NCBI RefSeq assembly: GCF_018977255.1
Contig: NW_024704743.1
Span: 32,118,001 to 32,182,000, forward strand
Origin: Callorhinchus milii
Lineage: Eukaryota
Length of the DNA stretch: 64,000 nucleotides
Direction of reading: 5' to 3'
The notes under the pieces are model-generated. The model saw only the letters and a list, made by a program, of their open reading frames with translations. It had not been told where the DNA came from and searched no databases. Shown here in pieces: positions 12,712 through 26,479 of this stretch (position 1 is its first letter; each line of letters opens with the position of its first letter). Position numbers and translations under genes: made by a program.

Positions 12712-14690
12712 GTAGGTTTGCTGTACTCTTAATTTATCATTTGTGTAAAAGATTGGTAAAGAACTTTTACAGGAAAATGTGAACTAAAATTTTAATTGTT
12801 ATTAGTTTGCAATGCAGAAATTGTATGGTTTCAATTTCAAATTGCATTTTATGAATGCTCTTTTGCTCCAACACAAATTCACAACTCTATTTGAAGCAGG
12901 ATTACTTCATTTGAAATGTCTGAATAAGATGCTGTCTAGTAGCAAGCTGTAATACATTCTGTGTATTGTTTTAAATGAAAGTGTTATTTTGGAAAACTAT
13001 TGATGTCAGAAAGCAGTATAGGTCCACTGATAATAATGATATAATCCTTGCATTTGATATAGTGCCTTGTCACGTATTCAAGGCATCTCACTCTTCCTGG
13101 CAGCCCTGCAGTACCTTGGCCAAATAATTTTTTTGTCCCATTTTATGAGGAACAGGAGTAGGCCATTCAGCCCTTTGAGCCTGTTCCACCATTCTATTAG
13201 AGATCATGGCTGATCTGTACCTCAACTCTATTTACCCGTTACAGTTTTTCACTTGTAACTTGGTTTAAAAGATTTCATGGTTAGGAGTTCCAAAATGTTT
13301 CCCAGTGACGTGTTTGCCATTCTTTTTAAAACTACATGGTTTTGGGGCTACACTGACTCTACTGGCATCTGATATTGCAGTGAAGGCCATGACTAAATTA
13401 TCTTTAGCTGCCAAACTTTTCCATTTCAAACAAATCTAATAAGTTTTTCAGAATGCTTTGTTAAGGTGCCACATAAGAGGCTTGTTCCAAAAACAAGTGA
13501 TTTGATGGAAACGTGGGAAGTTGGTAGTAGGTACGTGGTTGTTCAGAATGCAGAGGTATAAATACAGTGAAACTCAGCCAGCAGAAAGCAAGTGGGTGCA
13601 GTGAATGGAGTCCACTGTACAATAGAGCTATAACTAAGAAGAGTGCATTGTAATGGGACTTCATATTAATTTGCAGGGATATGGGGCGACTGAGTGGATT
13701 GCTTTTTTAAAACACCAGCACAGGAGTAGTGTGAAAAATGGCTCTCTAAGTACACCCCAGAGAATTACATACCAGCACGCTTCTTCCCATCGTTCTCTGA
13801 ACTGCCTCATATTTCCCACTCAGTCTCTTTCCTTAACTCTCCATGCTGTCTCCAGAGGTCATTAGCTAACCATTTTGTGTGGTCAGATATTTAGATAATC
13901 AACTGGGATTTTATCTGTCATTTTGTTAGATCCTTTAAGATCCGAATCGTCTTAAAAGACTAATTTTTCACACATGGTGGGTGAATTTATGAAGTCTATC
14001 ATAGTTTTTGCCTGATGTACCATATTTTGCGTTGTATTAGGAAATGTTCACTGAAAGTACTGTGTGTACAAAATACAAATTTATAGAACTAACCCAATAT
14101 GTAAATCGTTGAATGAACAGCAGGTTCTTTCAATGGGCATTCATTTGAGTTATTCACTGCAGCTGCATTCTGTCCTTGGATTTAATATTTGGATCTCTAG
14201 ATAAATACCAGCTTTGTAATGCTTTCACTACTCGTATCTCAAGTTGATGAATCTAAATGCACTTTGCACAATTACTTATTTTTGACTATAGATTTGTAGG
14301 CAAATGCAAAGATTTTTAAGTGCTACTTTGGAATAAATTAATTTATTTTTCAATGAAAAATGTTAGCATACCTGCTGTTTTAATCTTAATTCTGAATATA
14401 GTTTGTTCAGAATTGTTCTGTGAATTATATAATGCAGCAGTATATTATGCTCACACAATTAATTGGTGTCTTGACAAATAAGTTAGTGTTTTAAAGGGAT
14501 AATGTTTTAATATTTGGGAAATGCATATGATCAAGATTTGACTTTTATTCACATGATTGAAAACCTCAACTATGATAGGTAGCCTCATTTTATACTCCAC
14601 AGGCAAGTACCATGAATAGCAAAAATATGCTAAAATTGTTTTAAAATTTCTGTTAGACAAATGCTCTATAATTAATTTTGTATTTTTCAG

Positions 14691-14702
14691 TTGATTTCAT
14701 GA
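14691..14702 (+). CDS. DEK: DEK terminal coding exon (LIS-stop)
   Basis: tttttcag|TTG ATT TCA TGA, the same LIS* C-terminus as mammalian DEK. Summed CDS is 1170 nt = 389 aa. Confidence 0.9.
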   Translation: MIS

Positions 14703-15453
14703 TGAAACTATATTGGTTTATATAAACCAACAAACAAGTGTTAAGACGGCACTACAACCATGTTCCTGTGGATCATGAATGAAATGGGATTTTAACACCA
14801 GCACAAATAAGAGAATGTATTCTTTGTAATTCAGTGGATTTATACAGTTGTACCTAATCAGTCTTACATCCCAATGTAAATGCAACATCTTTCAAACTAG
14901 TTTCGTGAGTTGATATAGCCATAGATCTAACTTAAGATTTTTGCTAGTTTTACCAATTGCTAATTTTTCTAGCTCTGCAGCTTTTTTTAAAAAAAATGTT
15001 TATAAGGTGTACATTTGAATTTGTTGGGTTGTGAATAAATGACCAGTTAACCATTGCATTATAAAGAAAAGCTAGATATGACATGTTTCTTCATGGATTT
15101 ATTGTCCAACTATGAAAGGGAGACAGCATTTTAGCTTTCTGTCCAAGCTTGCAATTGCTGCGCATGTGTCTTAAGTTGTTCAGTAGTTGATTTGATCTTT
15201 TAAATTTTGAGTTGCTAATGATGGATCTTTGTTTTGTATTAAATGTTTTTGCATCAAGGCCATTTTTAAACTTGTAAAAGGATTGTTTTACTGGAAATGC
15301 CATTTGTATTACTTATGTAAGTTGTATTTAAGTGCTCAGATACTACCCCGGGTGAAGGGCACTTTATAAATGCAAGTTGTTGTAAGTTCTTATTTTATAG
15401 AACTTGCATTAAGTGGGATTGCCTGCAGAACATAGTTTTGTTTTTTCATATGA

Positions 15454-15459
15454 AATAAA
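15454..15459 (+). terminator. Candidate DEK poly(A) signal AATAAA (another at 15034-15039)
   Basis: AATAAA about 750 nt after the stop, followed by CA and U/GU-rich sequence. Confidence 0.6.
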
Positions 15460-15496
15460 CTTTGTACAAAAAAACCACATCTCACTTTGTAATTTT

Positions 15497-15502
15497 TTTA
15501 TT
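15497..15502 (-). terminator. Candidate distal KDM1B poly(A) signal AATAAA
   Basis: TTTATT on +, about 2 kb past the KDM1B stop. Other candidates lie near 16847, 17124 and 17299. Confidence 0.4.
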
Positions 15503-17489
15503 TGAAGTGCTTAAAACTTAAGTGACCATAGCCATTACTTGTTACAGGAAGTAGGCCTTTCTCATTGAAGTTTTGTATGAACAGGTACTCCAAAAGACAG
15601 TCTGTTACAAGGCCATTTTAAAAATAATCAGTTCTTAAATTTTTAGGACATGATTGAATTATGTTGAAAAGCTGAAATGTCTTTAAAAGGAGTGTTTACA
15701 TCTGGTAGTCAAAGCTGTTTGCACTTTTTAAATGCTGTACAATTTGTAAAAGTTTACTTGCTTTCTAAATCACAACTGTAAAATAAGCAGGTTATACAAG
15801 GTTTTAGGGTTGTCATTTAGCTCTCCAATTCAGTCCTGATTATCAATATTGAGTTATTCCTGCTTAGTGTAGTAGTCTACTTAGAATTTAAAAAGTAATG
15901 TTGAGCAAAGTGACAATTGCTTTAGAATTACAATATTAACTACATGCAGCGAGCGGTCTTCAAATATTATTGTGGCAGTTAAAGTTGGGCCAATCCACTT
16001 AAAATTCGTATGAATGGCCTTGTAACCTTTTGTTTTAAGAGTCGACTCAAAATGTAAAACATTCCATACAGTTGCACCCAATGTTAAGATTACTAATTGC
16101 TATATTTAGATATTGTAGGTTTTTGCTCCTGTCAAAATGGCTCAAGGAATGTTATTCTAACCTGTACTACACCTAATGTAGGTAGGTGAGGTAACCAACT
16201 ACTCTGCCATGTATATTTTGAGATTTGTTCCAGCCTAGTATAAACAACCAGGGAAACAGGAGTAAAGCACCAAAGGCTGCAATACCTGAGATTTTCAGTA
16301 ATGCTTATGTCACTGAGACTAATTTAGTCCATTTTATAATACAGTAAAACCACCCTAAGTACCTTGTATTACACAGAAAAGCAAAACTGCTCATGCTTAA
16401 CAAATTAACTTGTTACTCATTTACATATGCAGGCAGCACATTTAAAGAATGTAATCCTAATGGCAAAATCAACCAGATATTTACATCATTTGTTTATGTA
16501 CAAGCTGTTTTCAAAGAAAACTTATAAAATAGATATATAAATCCCATCACTGTATAAAATCAAAGATTCAGGTTTCAGTATAAACTGGGACAGTCAGTTC
16601 AATAAGAATTCCCATGCTTCTCAAATACTGTACACTTTACAACCAATAAAATATAAATATTGACAGCTTAGGTTGACAAGTACTTAAAGGCTGTTACATT
16701 TTACATGGTTGTAGAGGATTGAGGTTCCAGGTCATTTTCAACCCATCTTCTGATTGGCAATATCTACAACCAACTGATGCTAGAGAGTTTGTCACAATTT
16801 AAGACAAGTTGGTTGGATCTTGGGCTGATGTATCCTAATTTGCTCATTTATTCAATCTTAGATTCAACTTTCTCACTGAAGTACTGGAAGAGCTTCTCAC
16901 CATAGTCAAACTGAATTTTAACTGGCTGATTTGTCCTTGCTGCTATACTGGCAGAGAGTCAACTAGAAAGAAAAAGAAATTAAAGTTTGATAGCAGTTCT
17001 TCATTACAATTCACTGGAAATCAGCTTGTTCAACACGCCAGCTGGTTTCCATCATGTATATGGCAAGTAACTGCATGTACTAATAATAATTTTGCCATAT
17101 GACTGACTTTTAAAGCTGTTTGCTTTATTTCTGCCCCCTTTTAGTGCAGAGTGCTTTTACCTCTAAAGATGTGAACAACTTTAATTATTAAATTAGTTCA
17201 AGGAAGTGTATGCAGTGTACTTGTGTATTAATGCTCTATTCACAATCTGAAGATCACTTTACAACCAATAATGTCATTTGTTGCTAAACTGCAAATGGGT
17301 TTATTTTGTACCTGACCTTAAGCACCAGATTTCCATTAATCATATTGTATTTGTTTTGCCCTCATTCCTGACCTTAAACGTACACCTACAAAGAGTGTTA
17401 ACATGTTTGAAAGTGCAGCACCTTTCATCTGTACAGCATTATTCATTAGTGCTCTGAACAAAGAAAGACATTACAGAAAATGTTCACAT

Positions 17490-17573
17490 TTACAATGCAG
17501 CAATTTTACTTGCTTCTCGGACTCCACTTAGATATGCCCCTGTGACAGTCTGTGGAAAGTGTCTATTTGTTGC
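17490..17573 (-). CDS. KDM1B: KDM1B terminal coding exon 20
   Basis: ATNRHFPQTVTGAYLSGVREASKIAAL*, the amine-oxidase C-terminal FAD-binding motif. Confidence 0.96.
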   Translation of the reverse strand, partial: ATNRHFPQTVTGAYLSGVREASKIAAL

Positions 17574-20500
17574 CTGTTATGAAAAAGAAAAACATTACAT
17601 TAAACATCTGCATTCAAATAAAAGGTTCAAATCAACTAAATGCCATCAAGAATATTCTACAATACATTGCATAATGAGATTAACTCCAGTTATTCATAAC
17701 ATGCTGGGGTCAAAGTACATATGACCAAAACCTCTCATTTTGAAAGACATTTTAAATATTAATTGAAAGAGACTCTAGTATGCATAGTGAAAGTTAAATT
17801 GTGTTGTTTTCGTCAATCACTGGTGAACTACACACATGAATATTGGTTTGCAGATCTCATTATTTTAATTTCTGCTGTGGTGGTCATGAGCAAGGTACAA
17901 AATGTAAATTGCTTTACACGTTTGCCAGTTAAGGGTGTAAAAGCAAACTACAGTAGTTTATTGCTTTCATCAAAGATTCAGATCTTAAGAGTGGTTGTGC
18001 GTAAGCTGCTCCCCTCCACTCAAAAGAAAATTTGAAGAACTCCACTTTAACTTCGTAAAGGTCTGTGAACCTAATCCCATTATACAACAAATGACATGGT
18101 TTGGGCATAACGTAGGGGCTTTGCAGTGCTGAGGATTTTGATTTCAGGGTCAGGCAAGCCCTTACAGGCAACTGGTGTTGATAGATCAGATGCTATTTAA
18201 ATTTAAACAAATCAACAAAGAAGGCGTTCAGTGTAGGACTTCTGTTTGTGCCTGGAATTCCCGCCTGTTGACCGAAGTTAACAACTCCCATCTTCACAGC
18301 CCCAAGAGTCTCCAGTGCGTCCTCTTGTCACTCAATGCCCACAGACTGCTCGTGAGAGCCAAGGCCAATTGTGAACCATGTGGAAGAAAGAAACTCTTGA
18401 CATCTCCTCTAGAATGCTTGGAAAAGATGCTTTTGGAGCTCACTGAAGAACTGGAGAATACAAATCCCAAACTTCAGGAGACCAAGCAAAGGGTTGCTTC
18501 CCTGGATTCCACAGATGAGGGTAATGAGCGCATGATCGAAACACTGAAACACTCAAATTTTCCTCAGCTAATAACTGCCTTCTCCCCAGCATTTAAGCAC
18601 GAATTTGACATGCAGAAACCAGTACCCCAACTTTGCAATTTTGGGCCACCGCAAATCTGACATCCTGCATCAATGAGCTTGCTGGGCTAGCGGAGGTAAC
18701 AAGCACTGAAGGGAAGCTGGAGACACTTGTGAACAATCTGTAGCAGGAAACCATAATTACAAGATGGTGAAATTACCACTCTGGTTTCAAGAGTTGATAA
18801 GATGAAGAAAAATTTGTTGGATATTTGGAAGTTTTCCAGTGCTTTGCCAAATAAACTTGTAGTGTGTGGATATGTATAAAAGTATACTTTAAAAAAAAAT
18901 TCCGACTCTTACAAAGCTATTTTCATCTGCCCCTTTGAAGACCAGCAGGAGAAAAAAAAAAGACTAGACACAAGTTCCATTCTATAATTCCTTAAAAAAA
19001 ATCAATTGGTCACTTTAATCCACGATTGTTTGTGGGACACTGCTGTGCGCAATTTGGCTGCTGCCTTTCACCCACAAAATACAGTCAATCACTTTACGGT
19101 GTATTCTGCGAAGCTCTTTGAGACATCTCAAAGACGTGATAAGGCACTATTATCAAATGCAAGAATTATTATTGCAACATTTAAGCCAAGCAGAATCTCA
19201 GCCTTTGCTGTTGCTAACTTACTAGTTTTGAGATTTAAAATATCCATATGCTGTGACAAAGGTCAAAGATGCAGATCATTCACATGGATCTTTCTTTGGA
19301 AGTACCAAGGAAGATCAAACAACTTTTCACAATGAAAGTAAAGCAAGCTTTCAAAATTAGATTTCTCTCTAGATCTCAGCAGCAGCATTTAGTCAAACTC
19401 TACTGAGAATCATTTAGCTGACCAATTTGTCATCACTTTCACACTACAAAGCTGCTATGGCCAGTCACTTCAGCCAACCACTTAAGAAAAGTAACTGGCT
19501 TATACCAACAAGACTCTCCTAGCACCCACTGTATGCTAACTCCAAATTGTGCCACACCAACCACATCTGATCTCATTCAAAAATCATCACCCAGTCATTT
19601 CGCCCACAAATATACAGCCAATTCACTTTACAGCATATTCTGTGAAGCGCTTTGAGACGTCGAGAAGACGTGAAAAGTGCTATATCAAATGCAAGGATTA
19701 TTATTATTCAGCTCTGCAGTTATCCACTGTATTATCTTGATACATTCCTTGGCGGGGGGGGAAATAGGTGTGCAAAGTCTGGTGGATAGAATGTGGACTG
19801 AGCTTTAGATTAGTTGGAAAACTGGTCTTGATTAATGGATCTGGGATTTAAAATGGCTTGGAGAAGGGGAAAAAAGGATCATACGAAACCCAAGTTATAC
19901 ACACATTGGATCAGTTATCTGAAGCAAGCAACTAGTTTTTCTCTGAGCCGACACAGGCTCGATGAGCTGAATGTCCTCCTCCTGCATTGTAGATTTGTTT
20001 CTATCTTTCTTAGAGAGGTTAGTCTATTAAAGCCAAGGCACTGTCAAAACACCAACTTCAAGAAGCTTAGACTTCCTCACATTAAGTCCCTGACCAAGAC
20101 TGGTTATTTTCCATTTTGCTTCTCAAACACTCCTCATAAATCTCGCTTGTTTCACCATAAGCTCCAATTGCTTTAAAATGTCACATGCTCATCATCTGGC
20201 TCACAAAGGATGGATCTCAAGGTCTTCGTGAAAATCCTTTTAGACTCTTGCACCTCCCTATATCTAATCGCTTCTGCCATCTCCCCCCAATTCTGTTCAG
20301 TTAACTCGGGTCTGCTGCACCTCCTGCTCCACATCACCATCAGTAGTTGAGCCTTCAGCAACTACATCCCTAACATCTGGAACTCCTTCCGTTTCACTCC
20401 TTCTCTAGCCAGGTTTAAATTGTGCTGTTATTCTCAACTGGATTTCTTTATTCATAAATTACTATGATTCTTTTATTTGGTATAACATCTTTCAGACCAG

Positions 20501-20589
20501 GAGGGCGTCTCAAAGTCCTTCATCCTAATTTCTGTAAAGTGTATTTTGTAGGTGATCACAGCAGCCAATTTGCACACCGCAACATACAA

Positions 20590-20939
20590 AATAATAATGA
20601 TAATAATCCTTGCATTTGATATATCACATCTTCAAGACATCTCAAAATGCTTCAAAGAATATACTGGAAAGTGAATTGACTATATTTTGTGAGCAAAATA
20701 CGGCAGTCAATTGTACACAGCAGTGTCCCACAACCAGTTGTGGATTGAGTGACCAAATTCTTATTAAAATTTTAAAGGGATTATTACCCCCAGATAAGTG
20801 ATCCACCAATTGGCTAACAACTGGGTTCCTATTGCTAATGTGGAGTAAGGAAATTTGCCTAATATTTTGCCCTGCCGGGAATCAAACCCAGGTCCTCTCG
20901 CTTGCGAGACGAGTGCTCTAACCACTGAACTACAGGACT
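20590..20939 (-). mobile_element. tRNA-derived SINE
   Basis: Reverse copy of the 11086 family, with head and (att)n tail. Confidence 0.85.
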
Positions 20940-21137
20940 ACAGTTAGGTCACTAGACAAAATACAAATCAGATCAAACTTTTCTACATGGTCTCTTCCAT
21001 ACAAATTACTTTGAAAACTACCCAGTGCTCCCCACCACAATACCAAGTAAATCCCATGCAGCCAGTATTGCAGTACTCCATTATATAACCTACAAAGATT
21101 AAGTTACAAAATGTCAGTTTCTGAAAGATTTACTTAC

Positions 21138-21290
21138 TTCACCAGCAAAAAATACTTTTCCTTGCAGGTCTTCAGCCATGATATCATAAGCTTCACCACT
21201 TCCTCCAGTCTTTACAAAGCTGTAGGCCATCTGGGACCAAGGGTCCTTGCTCCAGTGTGTAACAAAGTACCTGATTGGGTCTGGAACTTC
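21138..21290 (-). CDS. KDM1B: KDM1B coding exon 19
   Basis: EVPDPIRYFVTHWSKDPWSQMAYSFVKTGGSGEAYDIMAEDLQGKVFFAGE; 153 nt. Confidence 0.96.
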
Positions 21291-21961
21291 CTGTAGGGGC
21301 ATTGTTGAATTAATAAATCTTATAATTTTTTTATAAATTTGTAAATTCAAATACATTATTAGTTAATTGAATATACAAAAATAATGTGCAGAATGCAAAA
21401 TTCAATTATATCCGTTCTCCAAAGCAGAATAGCAGCACTTTCCATTTCAGGCTCCAGTAAAATGTCAAGCACTTTCAGGCCACGAATGGAACACACCAGG
21501 GAGAAATTTCCACTTTGAAATTAGAACCACTGCATCTCCACTGATCACTATTTTCTTAGCATTTCAACATGATTGTGACAATTTGCAAAATTATCTTAAA
21601 TATGAAGCCAGTTTCACACAGGTTGTAACTAGTGAATCTAATATAACATTACACAACTATCCAGAACGACTTGATCATTAAAGTTGCAATCTTGCTCATT
21701 TTTGTGGCCGTGCCTTGCCCACCATTAAGACTATTTCAATTCATTTACCAAGTGATCATTTCTTAGGGCAGTAAAGGTTGTCTGGCACACAAATGAAAAA
21801 GCATCGAGCTAGCTGCATCTTTTAATGATTTGTTCTTCATAAGAAATACTGGCATCCAAAATATGAAATGATAAATAATAAGCTAAACACATCGAGAAGC
21901 AAACTGAATGAACAAAAGAAATATTTCTTTATGCGATTAATTTAAATAATCATTTCAATAC

Positions 21962-22084
21962 CTGTTCCTTAAAGAGTTCTCGGAGAACATTCATACATAA
22001 TTCTACCACTTGCTTATCTTGCAAATCTCGGATTAGAACTACTGCATCTCCACTGATCACCGACATTAGAACACAGTGCTCACC
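21962..22084 (-). CDS. KDM1B: KDM1B coding exon 18
   Basis: GEHCVLMSVISGDAVVLIRDLQDKQVVELCMNVLRELFKEQ; 123 nt. Confidence 0.95.
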
Positions 22085-22369
22085 CTGAGAAGGAGGAAAA
22101 ATGACTGCAGTGAATACAAGTACACTACATATGAACCCGTACTTTTCTAACTAACTGTTTATTACAAGATATTGAAAACAACAGATATTATGAAATTGAC
22201 CCTGATGAGCACAGTACAAAACGAATCTTGACAAATTTTACCAAGGTTCAAGCAACAAACCCAGCGCCTTTAACCAGTGCAAACCTCTCAAAGATAAACC
22301 GGTTGAGGATGTATGGACAAAACAAAAACATTATGTAGAGAATACAAGGCAAGTAAATAATTACTGGGT

Positions 22370-22810
22370 GGGGGTGGGAGTGAGGAGATCGGAGAGGTAG
22401 GGAGGTGCGAGGGCATGAAGGGATTTGAACACGAGGGAGAGGAACTTGAAATTGATCTGTTCAATGATAGGGAGCCAGTCGAGCCTGGCCAGACTGGTGA
22501 GATGTGGGTACAAAGTTTGGTCTGGGTAAGTATGCAGGCGGCAGAGCTCTGAATGAGCCAGATTTTTTTGTGAATAGTGGAGCTGGGGAGACCGGCAAGA
22601 AGTGCGTTTGAGTAATCCAGGTGGGAGGTGACAAATGCATGCACGAGGGTTTTGGCTGCATTTGGGGTAAGGTACAATTGGAGGTGGGCAATTTAGCGGA
22701 AGTGGAGGAAGGCAGTCCCGGTCAGGGACTGGATATAGGGGAGGAAGGACAGTTGGGGGTCAAACCAGATGCCCAGATTGCACGCTGGTTCAGTGAGTCT
22801 GAGGGAGTAC
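22370..22810 (-). mobile_element. L2 LINE fragment
   Basis: YLTPNAAKTLVHAFVTSHLDYSNALLAGLP in ORF 22288..22677. Confidence 0.85.
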
Positions 22811-23132
22811 AGCCTAAATCAATCATTAAGCAAAAGAACAAACAAAAATTCTATCCTTTTGATAATCACCTAAAACATAAATTTTCTTTCTTTTCATCCT
22901 TACAAAGAACCAAGGAAATGCCCCCCAAAAATGGCAGCACATTGCACACTAGTGAGGTTTTCCGTTTTTCTATTTGTTTCGTGGGAAAGGGTGTTGCAAA
23001 CTATAAAGAGACAGAACTATTGAATATTTTATATTACAAAGTAAACTGTCAGGGATAAAAGACAGCTTTAGGGCACATGTCAAGTCACTATAAATTAATT
23101 TAGTTGTAAAAGAACAAAAACAATTCACTTAC

Positions 23133-23258
23133 GTGTGGATCCATATCATAGAATACACCAAATAGCCCACGTTTCTCAGGAGTAGGAGGAATGTGACCAA
23201 AGAAATCTGCACCCTGAATTTTGTTCTCCCAGAATTTGTATGGAAACTGAAGGGCAAT
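23133..23258 (-). CDS. KDM1B: KDM1B coding exon 17
   Basis: IALQFPYKFWENKIQGADFFGHIPPTPEKRGLFGVFYDMDPH; 126 nt. Confidence 0.96.
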
Positions 23259-23568
23259 CTGAAGGAGGAATACCATTTCAAATAGATGGGTTGCTTAAAA
23301 AGATCTGAGTTACAAATTCAGTTCCAACAAAGAGATGATTATGTCTCTCAATGACTACCACAAAGTACCAAAATATAAAATAAAAATGGTCCCAATAGTA
23401 ACCTAGCATTATAGTCTTGCCATGATGAAAAATTCAGAAAACAGAAATATATTGAAGGTATATATCAAGTGAATTTTGAAAACTCATTGATTCATTAACA
23501 TTTGGAAGTCTAGAACTTCAAGACAGTCCAATCAGTACAGGTTCCAGAGTCACAAGATTAAAATTTAC

Positions 23569-23685
23569 CTTTTCAATAATCCCTTGTCCGAGGCTGTTGA
23601 TAGCCTTAAGTTTCTTTTCGGGTAGAGGTGGATAAAACTTAATGATGTTCCTCTGAAGAAGTGCTAGAGGGACAGTTACCAAAAC
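23569..23685 (-). CDS. KDM1B: KDM1B coding exon 16 (ends at the catalytic Lys)
   Basis: VLVTVPLALLQRNIIKFYPPLPEKKLKAINSLGQGIIEK. The final K is residue 660 of the spliced protein, equivalent to human K661. Confidence 0.95.
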
Positions 23686-25069
23686 CTGACAAGAGAACAC
23701 CATACAGTTAATACAATCAATTAAATGGGGGTATTTAAATACTTTTAACCTATTTAAAATTATCATATGGAATTAACATGAAGTTACAAGAGGCCAGATG
23801 TAGTACTAAACTATATTAGAACAGTTTGTCCAGTGAAGCCCTCCACCTCTGTGCTGCACACAACTAGGAACTGCAAATCCCAGGGAGAAGGAGGAATATC
23901 AATGGAGATCAGGATTAAATTTGAGTTTTGTGGTACAGTTTGCTCACAAGATCAGTTCAGATGAAGGCAACTCTTAAACCCATTTGATTTAAATTTTCCA
24001 CAACATTCTTCTTCTAACAGCAACAAGTTGTTTCTTCCCAAGATTGGTTTGGATGAAGAAGACCCTTCAGCCTATTTGACCTCATCCGTCCAGAATACCC
24101 AACCTACCAATTTTCCATCATAGGATCAAACTTTTTTTCAAAACTAGTCCAGAGATCTGGCCTCAACCACCCATCTTGGTAACTTGTCCCAGTCATCAAT
24201 TTACCCTCAAAATACTTCCTGGCGTCTGTCCTGAAATTGCCCTTTGCAACATTATACTGGTGTCCTCATGTTCAACTGCTGCATATGCATATGAAAGTAT
24301 TGTTCTGAGTTTACTTTCTCAATCCCATTTAAAATTATATACATCTCTCGGATCCCCTTTGACACATCTCCTTTCAAGACTGAAGAAATACAGCTTGTCT
24401 AATTGTTACAAACAAAAATGAGCGATTTCCAAGCCAATACCTTCCATTTGCCCACAAATACAGTCACTCCACTTTATATATCTTTGTGACATGCTTTGGG
24501 ACATCCTCTCAACATTAATTTATACCAAAATGCAAACATTATTATATTAAATGCAAAGATTATTTTTATCCTTTTGGGTAACTTGTTCCATCTCACTGAT
24601 GACCTGCAAGATGGATCTTAGTCTTTTTTCATCTAGCATTTATGTTCTTATCAAACACAGATAGTTTTCTTTTAAGAATAACATTATGGGATACAGTACA
24701 TAGGTAGTTTGGGACATTGTGCATGCGAGCTTCAGGAAGGTGGAAGGTAAACTAGATGGACCTTGGTCTTTCTTTGTCAGCATTTCTTGTGTTTTTATAA
24801 TTAAATATTTCCTGGGTAATGCTTTACAGCCCTGAACCTGAACCTTTGCCTTCTCTTTCAGTTTACTGCCAATGTTAAAGACTTACTTTATATCCTTGAG
24901 AAGTGTTGCTTCTTCCAAGCTAATTGAGAAATTCACAATAATACTAGATAATCTTTTTGCTATTAAATTTAGCTTTGATATGACAGATGTTGGAAGCGGG
25001 AAACATTTTTTGAAACAACATGCAATTTTTATACAAACAATTTCTCATATTTATACAGTTAGATTTCAC

Positions 25070-25144
25070 CTTCTGACTTGTCCATAACATCCCACTGGCT
25101 GTTCCAATACGGATATCATCCCCTGAGTAGTCAATGCTCTGTAC
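25070..25144 (-). CDS. KDM1B: KDM1B coding exon 15
   Basis: VQSIDYSGDDIRIGTASGMLWTSQK; 75 nt; ag/gt flanks. Confidence 0.93.
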
Positions 25145-26479
25145 CTGTAACAGTAACCAGAATTATATCTCCATAACTTGTGAACCTTAAAATTGCATTA
25201 CATCTTATAATCTTTCCAATTGTTGCATTTCATCTTGAGATCATTTTTGTACTGACAGTGTCGGGGCTGTGAAGATGGACGTGAGCCATTAATAAATATG
25301 ATCATGAAACAATTTTTATAATTATGAAATCAATGCAAGTATAATGAAAAAAACTTCCTATTGAAAATCACCAGTCTCCTGTTACAGTGTTCTCAGGTAA
25401 TCTTAACCCAGCACACCAAAGCTCTTATGGGTGGGGTGGTTCCTAGCTGTAAAAGCAGTGGGAAGCTTGCCAGACGGTGCTTGCTTTCAATGACAAGCTA
25501 TGTGGTTTTAGCTGATTAAACTCCAGCATTACCCCCAACATACACTATGGGGTCCCCAAGACTTGTTTTCATGTTAATGTTAAACATCAAATGCTCAATT
25601 TCAAACCAAATCAGTTAGGTGTACTTTCCTTTGTTATAGTAGTCCTCTAACTCACTAAGCACTCACAGTGCATCTTTGAGATTATAAAATAACCACAGAG
25701 AGCAGAAGATTGCAACTGGTGATAGGTAATCTCAAAATCCTGCTACTTTCCTGCAAAACACATTGCTCCAACTCAAAAACTATTATTCTAATTTCTATAG
25801 AGAGCCCCTAATTTAGAAATACTGCTTTTAATAATTCATAATTTTTTAATATCTTTGTTCCTATGTTTCCAACAATAAGCATTTTCACTAAGCCCCACCA
25901 AGATAACTAAGAATTATAAGTAAGAGATCAAAGCCTGCACACAGATTGGCCCAATACCTTGAAGCAAGTTACCGAATTGCAAAGCAATAACCTTGCAAAC
26001 CATTGGTTACAGAAACGATTTTGATGATTCCGCCTACCACTTCCTTAACATTTGGGAGAGAGTGAAAAAAAGATGCAAATGAACCCTCATAGCAGTTACC
26101 ACAGAGAATTGGTTCCCAATGTGAAAGGTGCTATATAAATGCAATCTGTTGTTGTAAGCTGCTCAGTGGAGCTATGCTAATAATATTCATACTAATAAGA
26201 GCTCACCAAGAGTTACCCAACAAAGCCATGCATAATATTCAAGAATTCAAGGATGAAACTAAATGCAACACTGAGCAAAAGATGGGTTATTTTTGAAGAT
26301 GACAAGGGCTATATATTTAGTGAGGGCTATAATTCAAGTCTTAGAAAAAAAATTCAAAAGCATGGCAAGTTATAACTAGCAGAAAGGATAAACCTCAGTA
26401 TTAGTGAGCTATGGCTTGGTTCTGAGCAGGACCAAAATGAACTCACGAGTAGTTACAACAATTTAGATTTATACAAGTC

